Notes: generated by a model from the sequence alone, not told the origin. 63,846 bases of DNA from Dehalococcoidia bacterium (GCA_030684635.1 JAUXUW010000129.1:1-63846), one strand, 5' to 3'; numbered from the stretch's first letter, positions 22,319 through 30,760 are shown. Numbers and translations: made by a program.

Positions 22319-23026
22319 TTAGTCCTCGCGGGCGAGCGCCAGGCCGTAGACGCGCAGACTCCCGGCCGCCGCCAGCGCCTCCGCGGCCGCCGAGAGCGTC
22401 GCGCCGGTCGTCGTCACGTCGTCCACCACCAGCACCACCTCGGGCGGCACGCCGCGCGCCACGAACGCCCCGCGGACGTTGGTGGCGCGGCGCTCCGCGC
22501 TGAGCGAAGCCTGCGGCGCCGTCGCGCGCACCCGCTCGAGGAGCCTCGGCCGGTACGGGACGCCGAGGGCATCGGCGACGACCCGCGCCGCGATCGCCGC
22601 CTGGTTGTAGCCCCGCTGGCGTTCCCGGCGTGGCGCCAGCGGGATCGAGGCGACCACGCTCGGCTGCCACCCGACCGGCACCACGGCCGCGGCCGCCCGC
22701 GCGAGCACCGGCAGGTGCGCCGTCACGCCCCGGAATTTCGCCTCCAGGATCGCGCGCCGGGCTTCACGCTCGAAGCGGAACGGCGCGCGCAAGCCGTCGA
22801 ACGCCGGCGCTTCCCGGCCGCCCGAGATGCACCGCTCACACCACGTCCCGGGGCCCGGCCGCCAGCACCGGGTACACCGGCTCCCGTCGGCGCGGGGCAG
22901 CGTCGCCAGGCACTCCTCGTGCAGCGAGGCGCCGAAGCGCCCGCAGACCAGGCAGCGCTGAGGCAACACCGCGTCGAGCAGCGCGGCGCCGAGCAGTCGA
23001 GGCAGGCGACGATCCTCGGTCATCAC
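22319..23026 (-). CDS. comF: ComF-family protein (double zinc ribbon plus phosphoribosyltransferase domain)
   Basis: 235 aa with CLVCG...CTRCW...CERC ribbons and the VVLVVDDVTTTGATL PRTase loop. Confidence 0.85.
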   Translation of the reverse strand: MMTEDRRLPRLLGAALLDAVLPQRCLVCGRFGASLHEECLATLPRADGSRCTRCWRPGPGTWCERCISGGREAPAFDGLRAPFRFEREARRAILEAKFRGVTAHLPVLARAAAAVVPVGWQPSVVASIPLAPRRERQRGYNQAAIAARVVADALGVPYRPRLLERVRATAPQASLSAERRATNVRGAFVARGVPPEVVLVVDDVTTTGATLSAAAEALAAAGSLRVYGLALARED

Positions 23027-23156
23027 GGGCGCAGGCTATCGAATCCGTGATGCTTACGCAGATTGGCGCTCCCCGAAACACCGCTGTCACTCACGCATCG
23101 ACAGGGATGCGAGAATCCCCACTCAACGACTCGGGTTCCAGAAGGCGCAGACACGG

Positions 23157-24437
23157 ATGGCGGCCACGCCAGCCTCCGGCCCCGCCCCGTCACGGCTCTC
23201 CGCCGCCGTCGATTCGCTGCGCTCGCGCGACTACCGGATCCTCGTCGGCACGCAACTCGCGGTGGGCCTCACCCAGCCGATCCTCTTCTTCACGCAGGGC
23301 TGGTACGTCAACACCGCCGCGCCCGAGGACCAGAAGGTCCTCTACCTCGGCGCGCTCGGGGCGGTGCGCGGCCTCGCCTTCCTCGCCTATGTGACGGTCG
23401 GCGGCGCCGTCGCGGACCGCTTCCCGAGGCGGCAGGTGCTTCGCGTCTCCTCGGTGGTCTCGATCACGCTGATGCTCGTGATCGGCGGCATCCTCTTCCT
23501 CCCGGTGGTGCAGGACGGCGGCACCGGCACGCTCTCGCTGATGATCCTGCTCTTCGCCTCCTTCGGGCTGATCATGGCGCAGGATCAGCCCGCCCGGACG
23601 GCGATGGTGCGCGAGTCGTTACCGCCGAACCTGCTCGGCGGCGGCATCGCCCTCTTCCAACTAGCACTGTCCTTCGGCGCCCTCTTCGCGGCCCCCTTCG
23701 CCGGCTGGTCGATCGAGACGCTCGGCATCCCCACCAGTTACATGCTCGCCGCCCTCGGCCCCACCGCCGTCCTGTGGCTTATCAGCCGCATGAGGACGCC
23801 CGACGACGCGGCGGACCCGGACGCCTCCAGCACCTCGGTCATCGCGAACATCCGCGACGGCATCCGCGTGGTGCGCCAGGACCCGGTCGTCAGGTGGACC
23901 GTGCTGCTGACGTGGTTCAGTACCGTCGCTGGCCTGAGCGTGATGGGGGTGCTGGTCGCCGCCTGGGTGAGCGATGTCCTCCACCTGGGCGCGGCCGGCT
24001 GGGGGCTGATGGCGCTCTTCTGGAACGTCGGCGCCATCACCTCCTCCGTTTACCTCACGCTCGTCGGCGTACCGAGGCGGAAGGGACTGTTCTTCCTGAC
24101 GGTGTCCTTCACGTTCGGACTGGGCGTGCTGGGGTTCAGCCTCAGCCGGGAGCCGTGGCTGACGTTCATCTTCAATGTCGTCGCCGGGTCCTCGTTCATG
24201 GCGCTCACCATCACCTCGCTCTCGATCGTCCAGACCACCGTGCCGAACCGGCTCCTCGGCCGCGTCACCGGCCTGCTCCTGCTCGGCGGCGGCCTGATGC
24301 AGTTGTGGGCGTTCTTCGTCGCGCTGGTCGTGCAGGCCGCCGGCATCGAGCCCGTCTACACCGGCGCGGGCCTCGCCATCCTCGGCGTGACCGCTCTCAT
24401 CACCGTCACCCAGCGCCCGCTGCGCACCCTCGTCTGA
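23157..24437 (+). CDS. MFS transporter
   Basis: 426 aa with about 12 predicted hydrophobic helices and a D-R-x-x-R-R-like loop (VADRFPRRQVL) after TM2. Confidence 0.85.
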   Translation: MAATPASGPAPSRLSAAVDSLRSRDYRILVGTQLAVGLTQPILFFTQGWYVNTAAPEDQKVLYLGALGAVRGLAFLAYVTVGGAVADRFPRRQVLRVSSVVSITLMLVIGGILFLPVVQDGGTGTLSLMILLFASFGLIMAQDQPARTAMVRESLPPNLLGGGIALFQLALSFGALFAAPFAGWSIETLGIPTSYMLAALGPTAVLWLISRMRTPDDAADPDASSTSVIANIRDGIRVVRQDPVVRWTVLLTWFSTVAGLSVMGVLVAAWVSDVLHLGAAGWGLMALFWNVGAITSSVYLTLVGVPRRKGLFFLTVSFTFGLGVLGFSLSREPWLTFIFNVVAGSSFMALTITSLSIVQTTVPNRLLGRVTGLLLLGGGLMQLWAFFVALVVQAAGIEPVYTGAGLAILGVTALITVTQRPLRTLV

Positions 24438-24510
24438 GGCGTCCCGTCGGCGGGGCCGGCCCGACCGCCCGGCCTATACTGGGGCTGCTGACCACCTATC
24501 GGAGGCACCC

Positions 24511-25236
24511 GTGCGCGTCACCGTCCGCCTCTTCGCCAGCCTCCGCGAAGCCGCAGGGGGCGACCGCTTCGACGAGACGTTTGAGGGCGGCCCGGTGACG
24601 ATCACCATGCTCCGCGCGCGCCTCGGCGAGTCGCACCCGGCGCTCCGCCCGTACCTCGAGCGCGTCGCGATCGCCGTGAACGAGGAGTACCGGTTCGACC
24701 ACGCCGGCGAACTACACGATGGCGACACGGTCGCCCTGATCCCGCCGGTCGCGGGTGGCGCCCTGATCCCACCCGTCGCCGGCGGCGCGCCCGAGGTGCC
24801 GCTCTTCCTCGTGACCCGCGACGCACTCGACCCCGTCGCCCTGCGCGCCGCCGTCATCACCCCGGCCAGCGGCGCCTACCTGCTCTTCGAGGGCGTCGTC
24901 CGCGACCACCACGAGGGCCGAGCCGTCGCCCGCCTCGAGTACGAGGCATACGAGGAGATGGCGCTCCGCACGCTGGAGCAGGTCGGGCGCGAGGTGCTGG
25001 AGGCGTACCGGGATCGCGAGGTCTACGCGATCGCCATCCATCACCGCATCGGCGTGTTGGAGGTCGGCGGCGTCTCGCTGCTGGTCGCCATCGCCTCCGC
25101 CCACCGCCAGGACGCCTTCGAGGCCGGCCTTCGCGCGATCGACCGCGTGAAGGAGACCGTGCCGGTGTGGAAGAAGGAGTGGGGTCCGGACGGCTCCCAC
25201 TGGCAGGAAGGCATCGTGCCGAAGCCCGCGGGCTGA
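24511..25236 (+). CDS. MoaD-MoaE fusion protein (molybdopterin synthase sulfur carrier fused to the catalytic subunit)
   Basis: GTG start behind GGAGG. Residues 1-83 are MoaD-like and end in IPPVAGG. Residues from about 100 on are MoaE-like (LEYEAYEEMA...IHHRIGVLEVGGVSLLVAIASAHRQDAFEA...VPVWKKEW). Confidence 0.88.
   Translation: MRVTVRLFASLREAAGGDRFDETFEGGPVTITMLRARLGESHPALRPYLERVAIAVNEEYRFDHAGELHDGDTVALIPPVAGGALIPPVAGGAPEVPLFLVTRDALDPVALRAAVITPASGAYLLFEGVVRDHHEGRAVARLEYEAYEEMALRTLEQVGREVLEAYRDREVYAIAIHHRIGVLEVGGVSLLVAIASAHRQDAFEAGLRAIDRVKETVPVWKKEWGPDGSHWQEGIVPKPAG
24733..24786 (+). repeat. Tandem 27-bp direct repeat encoding ALIPPVAGG twice at the MoaD/MoaE junction
   Basis: gccctgatcccgccggtcgcgggtggc (24733-24759) versus gccctgatcccacccgtcgccggcggc (24760-24786). 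There are 4 differences, all at synonymous third positions. Confidence 0.9.
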
Positions 25237-25265
25237 CCGTACGCCCATAGGAAACGGCTCTACCG

Positions 25266-26282
25266 ATGAACCTTGTCCATCTGCCATGGCCGGTCGAGAT
25301 GCTATTCGGAATCGCGCTTCTCGCAATCCTTTCGAGCGCAGGGATCGGCCTCTTTCAATCCCTGCGCCTCACTTCTTACACCCGCCGCCTCGCCGAAGGG
25401 CACGGAGAGCCCAGCCTCGTGCCGATCGTGCACGCGGCTCTCGACAACCAGACTGCGGTGCTGAGATTCGCCGCCCTCTCACCTCGCGAGATTGGGATCT
25501 CACGGGAGGCGCTGATCGTCGCGGATATGGCTTCGTTCCGCTCTGCTCGCCGGATGCTGTTCCGGATCCAGCTCTCGGCGGTCACGCTGGCCGCACTCGG
25601 ACTCGCCGCACTTGGCTGGCCGTATCTGCTCGCCGGGAGCCTGATGTTTGGACTGCTCGGGACGATCCCCCTATCGCAGTCGGCGATGTCGAGTGTGCAC
25701 ACAGAACTGGCGAGTCTCGCCCTGCACTTCCACGCTTGGAGGGACGAGAGCCCGGCCGATTTCGGCGACTTCGTGATGAAGTCCCGCAACAGTCAGGCCC
25801 CGATCATCCGGCGCGTCAGTGATGCCGTTGCGGCTTATCGCGTCTCGGCGAGCGCCGAACCATCCCACTCCACGACATCCGCTTCCCCGGCGGTCGAGCG
25901 ACCTGACCGCCCTGTCATCACCGCGATCGTGCAGTCGACATGGGACTCACTGAGGCCGTTCGAAGCAGACGCAACACTCTGCGGTGCGATCGACACAGAT
26001 CTCGTGGAGACCATCGTCCGACTCCTCTCCGAGTTCGTGGCCAACCCCGACGAGGCCCACCTCTCCGAACTCCTGGAAGCGATGGATGAAGCCCTCGAAG
26101 AGCTCGAGCGCTTCCATGAGAACCTGCACCGTGATTTGGCAACGTACCACTCGTCGTTGGTGGCGCATGTCGCACGGGTGCGGCAGGAAATCGACTACGA
26201 AGCGTTCGAGGCGGCTCGGGAGAAACTCCAGGTCGCGTCAGCCCTCCTAGTGTCAATCACTGAACTGGACGGCCTCGGGTAG
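25266..26282 (+). CDS. Hypothetical membrane protein (orphan; visibly lower GC than neighbours)
   Basis: 338-aa ORF with an ATG start. It has an N-terminal TM, a hydrophobic pair around residues 100-135, and an acidic helical C-terminal third. No motif recognised. Confidence 0.55.
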   Translation: MNLVHLPWPVEMLFGIALLAILSSAGIGLFQSLRLTSYTRRLAEGHGEPSLVPIVHAALDNQTAVLRFAALSPREIGISREALIVADMASFRSARRMLFRIQLSAVTLAALGLAALGWPYLLAGSLMFGLLGTIPLSQSAMSSVHTELASLALHFHAWRDESPADFGDFVMKSRNSQAPIIRRVSDAVAAYRVSASAEPSHSTTSASPAVERPDRPVITAIVQSTWDSLRPFEADATLCGAIDTDLVETIVRLLSEFVANPDEAHLSELLEAMDEALEELERFHENLHRDLATYHSSLVAHVARVRQEIDYEAFEAAREKLQVASALLVSITELDGLG

Positions 26283-26425
26283 CACGTCCAAGCCTCCGCC
26301 CTCGCCTCAACTATCCGCGCGCGCGCAGACCGCACGGGTACGTCCGCCTCGTTGTTTAAGGCGGACGGCACCTCCCGAGCCCGTTGCCTCAACGGCGGCA
26401 GCCCCCGGCGGTCGCGCCGAGCGAC

Positions 26426-27781
26426 CTACCCCTTGAGCGTGCGGAAGTCCGGCGCCGTGATCTCGTAGACCTCGGACACCTCGCGGTCGGCGAGGCGGGA
26501 CGCGATGCGCGTCTCCAGCTCCGAGAGTTTCTTGTTCGTCGTCACCACCGTGTGCAGCCGCGCCAGGTGGCGGTGGTTCAGCAGCTGGTACAGCTTCTCC
26601 TCCGCCCACGGGCTGGACTTCTGCGCACCGAGGTCGTCGAGGACGAGCACGGGCGCCTCCACCAGCGCGCGGAACACCTGCTCGTACCGCCTCGGCGCGT
26701 CCGGGGCGAACGCCGCCCGCAACTCATCGAGGAGGTCCGCGACGTTCGCGAAGGCGACACGGTCACCGGCGGCGAGCCGCTCGTTCGCGATCGCCGCGGC
26801 CAGGTGCGTCTTGCCGCAGCCGTTGCCGCCGATGAACACGATCCAGCCGTCCGGCTCGCGTGACCACTGCACGGCGCGACGGAACGCGCCCTCCAGCGAC
26901 TTCCTCGGCTCGCCCTTCAGGCCGATGCCGTCCGGGATGAACTTCGCGAACGAGAACGTGGCGAGGCGCTCACGCGTCATCGCGCCGATGTGCGTGTACC
27001 TCGGCGTGTTCTCCCCGCCCGCCAGCTCCACCACCTGCGACAGCGCCGGATCCGCGAGCCGGCTGCCGAGGCGCGCGTCGATCTCCGTGACCGGGCGCAC
27101 CATCGTGAACACCGTCGGCAGCCCCGCGCTGAAGCGGTAGGAAACCACCTGGAAGAACTTCTCCCGCGCCCACGGCGTCTCCGCATACGCATCGAGGTCG
27201 TCGAGCACCAGCACGGGCGCGCTCCGTACCTGGTCCAGCAGCGCGTCGTAGTCCAGCTCCGCGTCCTCGTCGTAGGAGGCGCGGAGGTGGTCCAGCAGGT
27301 CGGCGACGGTGAGGAAGAGCGCGGGGTCGCCGCGCTCGATCACGCGGTTCGCGATCGCAGCGGCCAGGTGGGTCTTCCCCGCGCCATGCGGGCCGGTCAG
27401 CAGCAGCCACCCCTCCGGCCGGTCGGCGAAGCGCCGGGCGATGTCCACCGCCTCCGCGTACTGACCGCGCACCGCCTCGTCGTTCGAGCGGCCCTCGCGG
27501 ACGAGCGTCTCGAAGGTGAGGCGCTGCATGGGCCCGAGGCGGGAGTAGCGCAGCAGCCGGGAGCGGCGCTCGGCCGGCGCCTCGGCGCGCGCGCACTCAC
27601 ACGGCTCCGGGCGGCCGAAGCGCGGGTCTTCCGGGTCGTCCGTGACGCGTACGAAGCGGGCGCCTCCGCACAGCGAGCACGCCGAGGCCTCGGCGGCCTC
27701 GTCAGCCGTCGAGGCCTCGGCGGACCACCGCGTCGTACGGGTTCGGGGGCCGTCCCCCAGGATGTCGCTCAGTGCCTTCAT
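26426..27781 (-). CDS. DnaC/DnaI-like helicase-loader protein with two tandem AAA+ modules
   Basis: ATG at 27779-27781 behind GGAAGGA. Module 1 has GPHGAGKTHLAAAIANR ... VLVLDDLD. Module 2 has GGNGCGKTHLAAAIANE ... VLVLDDLG ... VVTTN. The N-terminal CSLCGG...CEC is a zinc-knuckle-like segment. Confidence 0.8.
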   Translation of the reverse strand: MKALSDILGDGPRTRTTRWSAEASTADEAAEASACSLCGGARFVRVTDDPEDPRFGRPEPCECARAEAPAERRSRLLRYSRLGPMQRLTFETLVREGRSNDEAVRGQYAEAVDIARRFADRPEGWLLLTGPHGAGKTHLAAAIANRVIERGDPALFLTVADLLDHLRASYDEDAELDYDALLDQVRSAPVLVLDDLDAYAETPWAREKFFQVVSYRFSAGLPTVFTMVRPVTEIDARLGSRLADPALSQVVELAGGENTPRYTHIGAMTRERLATFSFAKFIPDGIGLKGEPRKSLEGAFRRAVQWSREPDGWIVFIGGNGCGKTHLAAAIANERLAAGDRVAFANVADLLDELRAAFAPDAPRRYEQVFRALVEAPVLVLDDLGAQKSSPWAEEKLYQLLNHRHLARLHTVVTTNKKLSELETRIASRLADREVSEVYEITAPDFRTLKG

Positions 27782-28406
27782 CGTCCCGTCCTTCCGCCGC
27801 CCAGCGGCGCAGGATCGCCTCTGCATACTTCCACGACCGCGCGTTGCGCTTCGCCGCCTCGCGCAGCGCGTCCACGATCCAGTTCGCCGGGTACAACTGC
27901 TCCGCCTCCGCCAGCGCGACGGTGACCGAGGGCGTGAGCATCCCGATCTCCTGCTCGTACACGGCGGCCGGCCGGCTCAGCGCCGCGGGCTCCACCATCA
28001 CCGCCACGCGGCTTCCGCCCGGCACCGGCTCCACGCCGGCCTCGATCCGTTCGAGCAGCCGCCGGCCGCCCTCCGAATGCACCGCCAGCAGCAGGTCGCC
28101 GTCCGCCAGCGGCAGCGCCAGCAGCACGCCGCGCGTCACCGCCGCGTCCACCGTGCGCCGTCCCGCCTCCATCCCCCCGCGCGAGGCGAACCACCGCGCG
28201 AGCGGCTCCTCCGCCAGCAGTTCGGAGGCACGCCGCGCGGCGATCTGGCCGGGGCGAGGGATCGCGTACAGCGCGTACACCGTCAGGCGCAGTTCGTCCG
28301 CGTCCTCGATCTGTGGCAGCACCTCGGTGAAGAACTGCGCGGGGACGGAGGCGGCCCGCTGGCCCGCCAGGAAGCCCTCGAACGCCGCGCCGGAGGCGGG
28401 CGGCAT
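27702..28406 (-). CDS. DnaD-domain replication protein
   Basis: ATG at 28404-28406 overlaps the dnaB stop (ATGA). The C-terminal region ...YPANWIVDALREAAKRNARSWKYAEAILRRW matches the DnaD/DnaB_2 domain signature. Confidence 0.7.
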   Translation of the reverse strand: MPPASGAAFEGFLAGQRAASVPAQFFTEVLPQIEDADELRLTVYALYAIPRPGQIAARRASELLAEEPLARWFASRGGMEAGRRTVDAAVTRGVLLALPLADGDLLLAVHSEGGRRLLERIEAGVEPVPGGSRVAVMVEPAALSRPAAVYEQEIGMLTPSVTVALAEAEQLYPANWIVDALREAAKRNARSWKYAEAILRRWAAEGRDDEGTERHPGGRPPNPYDAVVRRGLDG

Positions 28407-29848
28407 CAGTAGCCGCCTGCCCCGTCCCACCCGGGCTCGGGACGCAGGAGCAGATCCTGGAACGACGCGGTCTTGTCCACGAAGCGGACGGTCACGGTGC
28501 CAGTGGGGCCGTTGCGGTGCTTCGCCAGGATGATCTGCGCCAGACCGGTCGGGTGCGCGCCACCGGGCTGGTCCGGGTGCTGGTCCTGCCACTCCTGCGG
28601 CTTCAGGTAGATGTCCTCGCGGTAGATGAACATCACGATGTCCGCGTCCTGCTCGATCGAGCCGGACTCGCGCAGGTCGGACAGCATCGGGATGTGTGGC
28701 GTGCGGTTCTCCACCGCGCGGGACAGCTGCGCGGCTGCGATCACCGGCACGTTCAGTTCGCGCGCCATCTCCTTCAGCGCGCGGGAGATGTGGCTGATCT
28801 CGTTCGCGCGCGTGTCCGCCCGGCCGGCGCCGTGCAGCAACTGCAGGTAGTCGATGATCACGAGGTCCAGGCCGTGGTCGGTCTGCAGCCGGCGGCACTT
28901 CGCGCGGATCTCCGGCACGGTCAGCACAGCGGAGTCATCGATGAACAGCGACGCGCCGGCGAGCAGGCCGTGCGAGCGCATCACGCGCGCCTCCTCCGCC
29001 TCGGTGTGGCGGCCCAGGCGCAGGCGTGCCATCTCCACGCCGGACTCGGCGGAAAGCATGCGCATCGCCAGTTGCTCGCCACCCATCTCCAGCGAGAAGA
29101 GCGCCACGGTGCCGTGCTGCCCGACGGCGGCGTTGCGCGCGAAATTCAGCATCAGGCTGGTCTTACCGACACCGGTGCGGGCCGCCAGGATCACCAGGTC
29201 GCCGCGCTTGTAGCCGCCGCCCAGCATCTGGTCCAGGTCCATAAACCCGGTGCGGACGGACTGCACCAGCTCGCCGTCTTCGTCCTCCGCGGGGGCTTCG
29301 AGGAACTCGTCCAGCAGGTCACGCAGCCGCTTGAAGTCGCCCGCCGCCTCCGCCGTGCGCAGGCCCAGCAGCAGCGTCTCCGCCTGGCTCAGGACGTGCT
29401 TCACGTCCGGCCCGCCCTGGTAGGCGAGTTGCGCGATCTGGCCGGCCGCGGAGATCAACTGCCGGTAGAGGGAGTCGCGCGCCACGATGCGCGCGTGCGC
29501 CTCCACGCCCACGGCGGTGAAGTACTTGCCCGCGAGTTCCACGAGGTACGGCTCGCCGCCGGCCGTATCCAGGCGGCCCATGCGGTCGAGTTCGTGTGCG
29601 ACGGTCGGGATGGTGAGGACTTCGCCACGCTCGGCGACGGCCAGGCAGGCCTCGTAGACCCAGCCGTTCTGCTCCCGGAAGAAGTCCTCCTGGCGCACGA
29701 TCGGCAGGACGCGAGCGTAGGAGTCGTCGTCGAGGAGGAGGGCCGCGATCACCGCCTCTTCGGCGGAGACGTCATGCGGTGGAAGGCCGGAGGCGGGACG
29801 CGGCCGCGCCTCCTGGCGGAGTGGAGCAGGCCGGCCATCGAGCACCAC
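28406..29848 (-). CDS. dnaB: Replicative DNA helicase DnaB
   Basis: 480 aa, PPHDVSAEEAVIAALLLDD, Walker A AARTGVGKTS, ...IDYLQLL..., SRAVE...SDLRESGSIEQDAD. No intein-sized insertion. Confidence 0.95.
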   Translation of the reverse strand: MVLDGRPAPLRQEARPRPASGLPPHDVSAEEAVIAALLLDDDSYARVLPIVRQEDFFREQNGWVYEACLAVAERGEVLTIPTVAHELDRMGRLDTAGGEPYLVELAGKYFTAVGVEAHARIVARDSLYRQLISAAGQIAQLAYQGGPDVKHVLSQAETLLLGLRTAEAAGDFKRLRDLLDEFLEAPAEDEDGELVQSVRTGFMDLDQMLGGGYKRGDLVILAARTGVGKTSLMLNFARNAAVGQHGTVALFSLEMGGEQLAMRMLSAESGVEMARLRLGRHTEAEEARVMRSHGLLAGASLFIDDSAVLTVPEIRAKCRRLQTDHGLDLVIIDYLQLLHGAGRADTRANEISHISRALKEMARELNVPVIAAAQLSRAVENRTPHIPMLSDLRESGSIEQDADIVMFIYREDIYLKPQEWQDQHPDQPGGAHPTGLAQIILAKHRNGPTGTVTVRFVDKTASFQDLLLRPEPGWDGAGGY

Positions 29849-29884
29849 GGCGGCCTACCCGTTCTCCCACGATTCAGAGGAGCG

Positions 29885-30490
29885 TTATTCCTGCTCCTCC
29901 GTGCTGTCTTCGGTGCCCGGCTCCGACTCGCCAGCAACGATCCGTGCCGCAAGTTGCCCTGCGGCGGCGGCGGCCTGCGCCTGCTTCTCTTCCTCGAGGG
30001 AAGCGAGCAGGGCTGCCGCGGCCGCTTCTGCGCCTTCCGGCGCATCCACGTCCACGACCACCACCGCGATCTCCGGCTGAACGTTTCGGCTCAGCCTGAT
30101 TCCCACGGTGTAGACCCCCACGCGACGAATCGCCTCGGGCAGCAGGATGCGACGACGGTCCAGCTCTTCGCCCAGAATCTCCCCAGCCTTCTGGGCGACG
30201 TCAGCATTTGTGACAGAGCCGTACAGTCGTCCCTGCTCTCCGACGCGAACGGCGATTACGAGCGGGGTGCTCTCGAGCTTGCCGACAAGCCCTCGAGCCC
30301 GCTCGTCCTCGGATCGCTGCCGCTCCTCCTCGATCTCCCGCAGCCGTTCGGCGCGGGCAAGGACTTGCGCTGTTGCCGGCGCGGCCAGGCCGCGGGGCAA
30401 CAGATAGTTACGGGCGTAACCCGGGGCGACGTCTTTGACCTCGCCCATGGCGCCCGAACCTTCAACGGTCTCCAGAAACACGACCTTCAC
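29885..30490 (-). CDS. rplI: 50S ribosomal protein L9 with an Ala/Glu-rich C-terminal extension
   Basis: MKVVFLETVEGSGAMGEVKDVAPGYARNYLLPRGLA... 201 aa, against about 150 for typical L9. Confidence 0.92.
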   Translation of the reverse strand: MKVVFLETVEGSGAMGEVKDVAPGYARNYLLPRGLAAPATAQVLARAERLREIEEERQRSEDERARGLVGKLESTPLVIAVRVGEQGRLYGSVTNADVAQKAGEILGEELDRRRILLPEAIRRVGVYTVGIRLSRNVQPEIAVVVVDVDAPEGAEAAAAALLASLEEEKQAQAAAAAGQLAARIVAGESEPGTEDSTEEQE

Positions 30491-30760
30491 GTCGGATGAC
30501 CCTCTCGGCGTGCCGGAGCCGGGACTGACGCCATCTTCGTTCAGACGGCGACGCCCGGCCCGGGACTTTTCAAGACGTAGTGAGAAGTTTGGCCAAGTTG
30601 GACAACGGGTTGTCCAGACTGACCCCCTGTGACGTGGACGAACCGTCGAGCATCACGCCCGACATTCCGTAAGCGCCGCCGTCACAGGGTACTCGTGCCG
30701 TTACGTCTCGGGCAATCCATGACCCGACGTCGCTCCCCGAACACCGAAGGCGACCCGAAT

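Noticed and set aside
26341-26367. Hairpin CGTCCGCC-(11 nt)-GGCGGACG between the convergent orphan ORF and the dnaC-like gene.
   Set aside because: It has only an 8-bp stem with a large loop and no flanking U/A tracts on either strand. That is too weak to call a bidirectional terminator.
28406-29848. Possibility of an intein in DnaB, which is common in some high-GC lineages.
   Set aside because: The protein is 480 aa with contiguous helicase motifs. There is no room for, or trace of, intein blocks.
28517-30499. 660-aa plus-strand ORF.
   Set aside because: It is antisense to dnaB and rplI. Shadow ORF.
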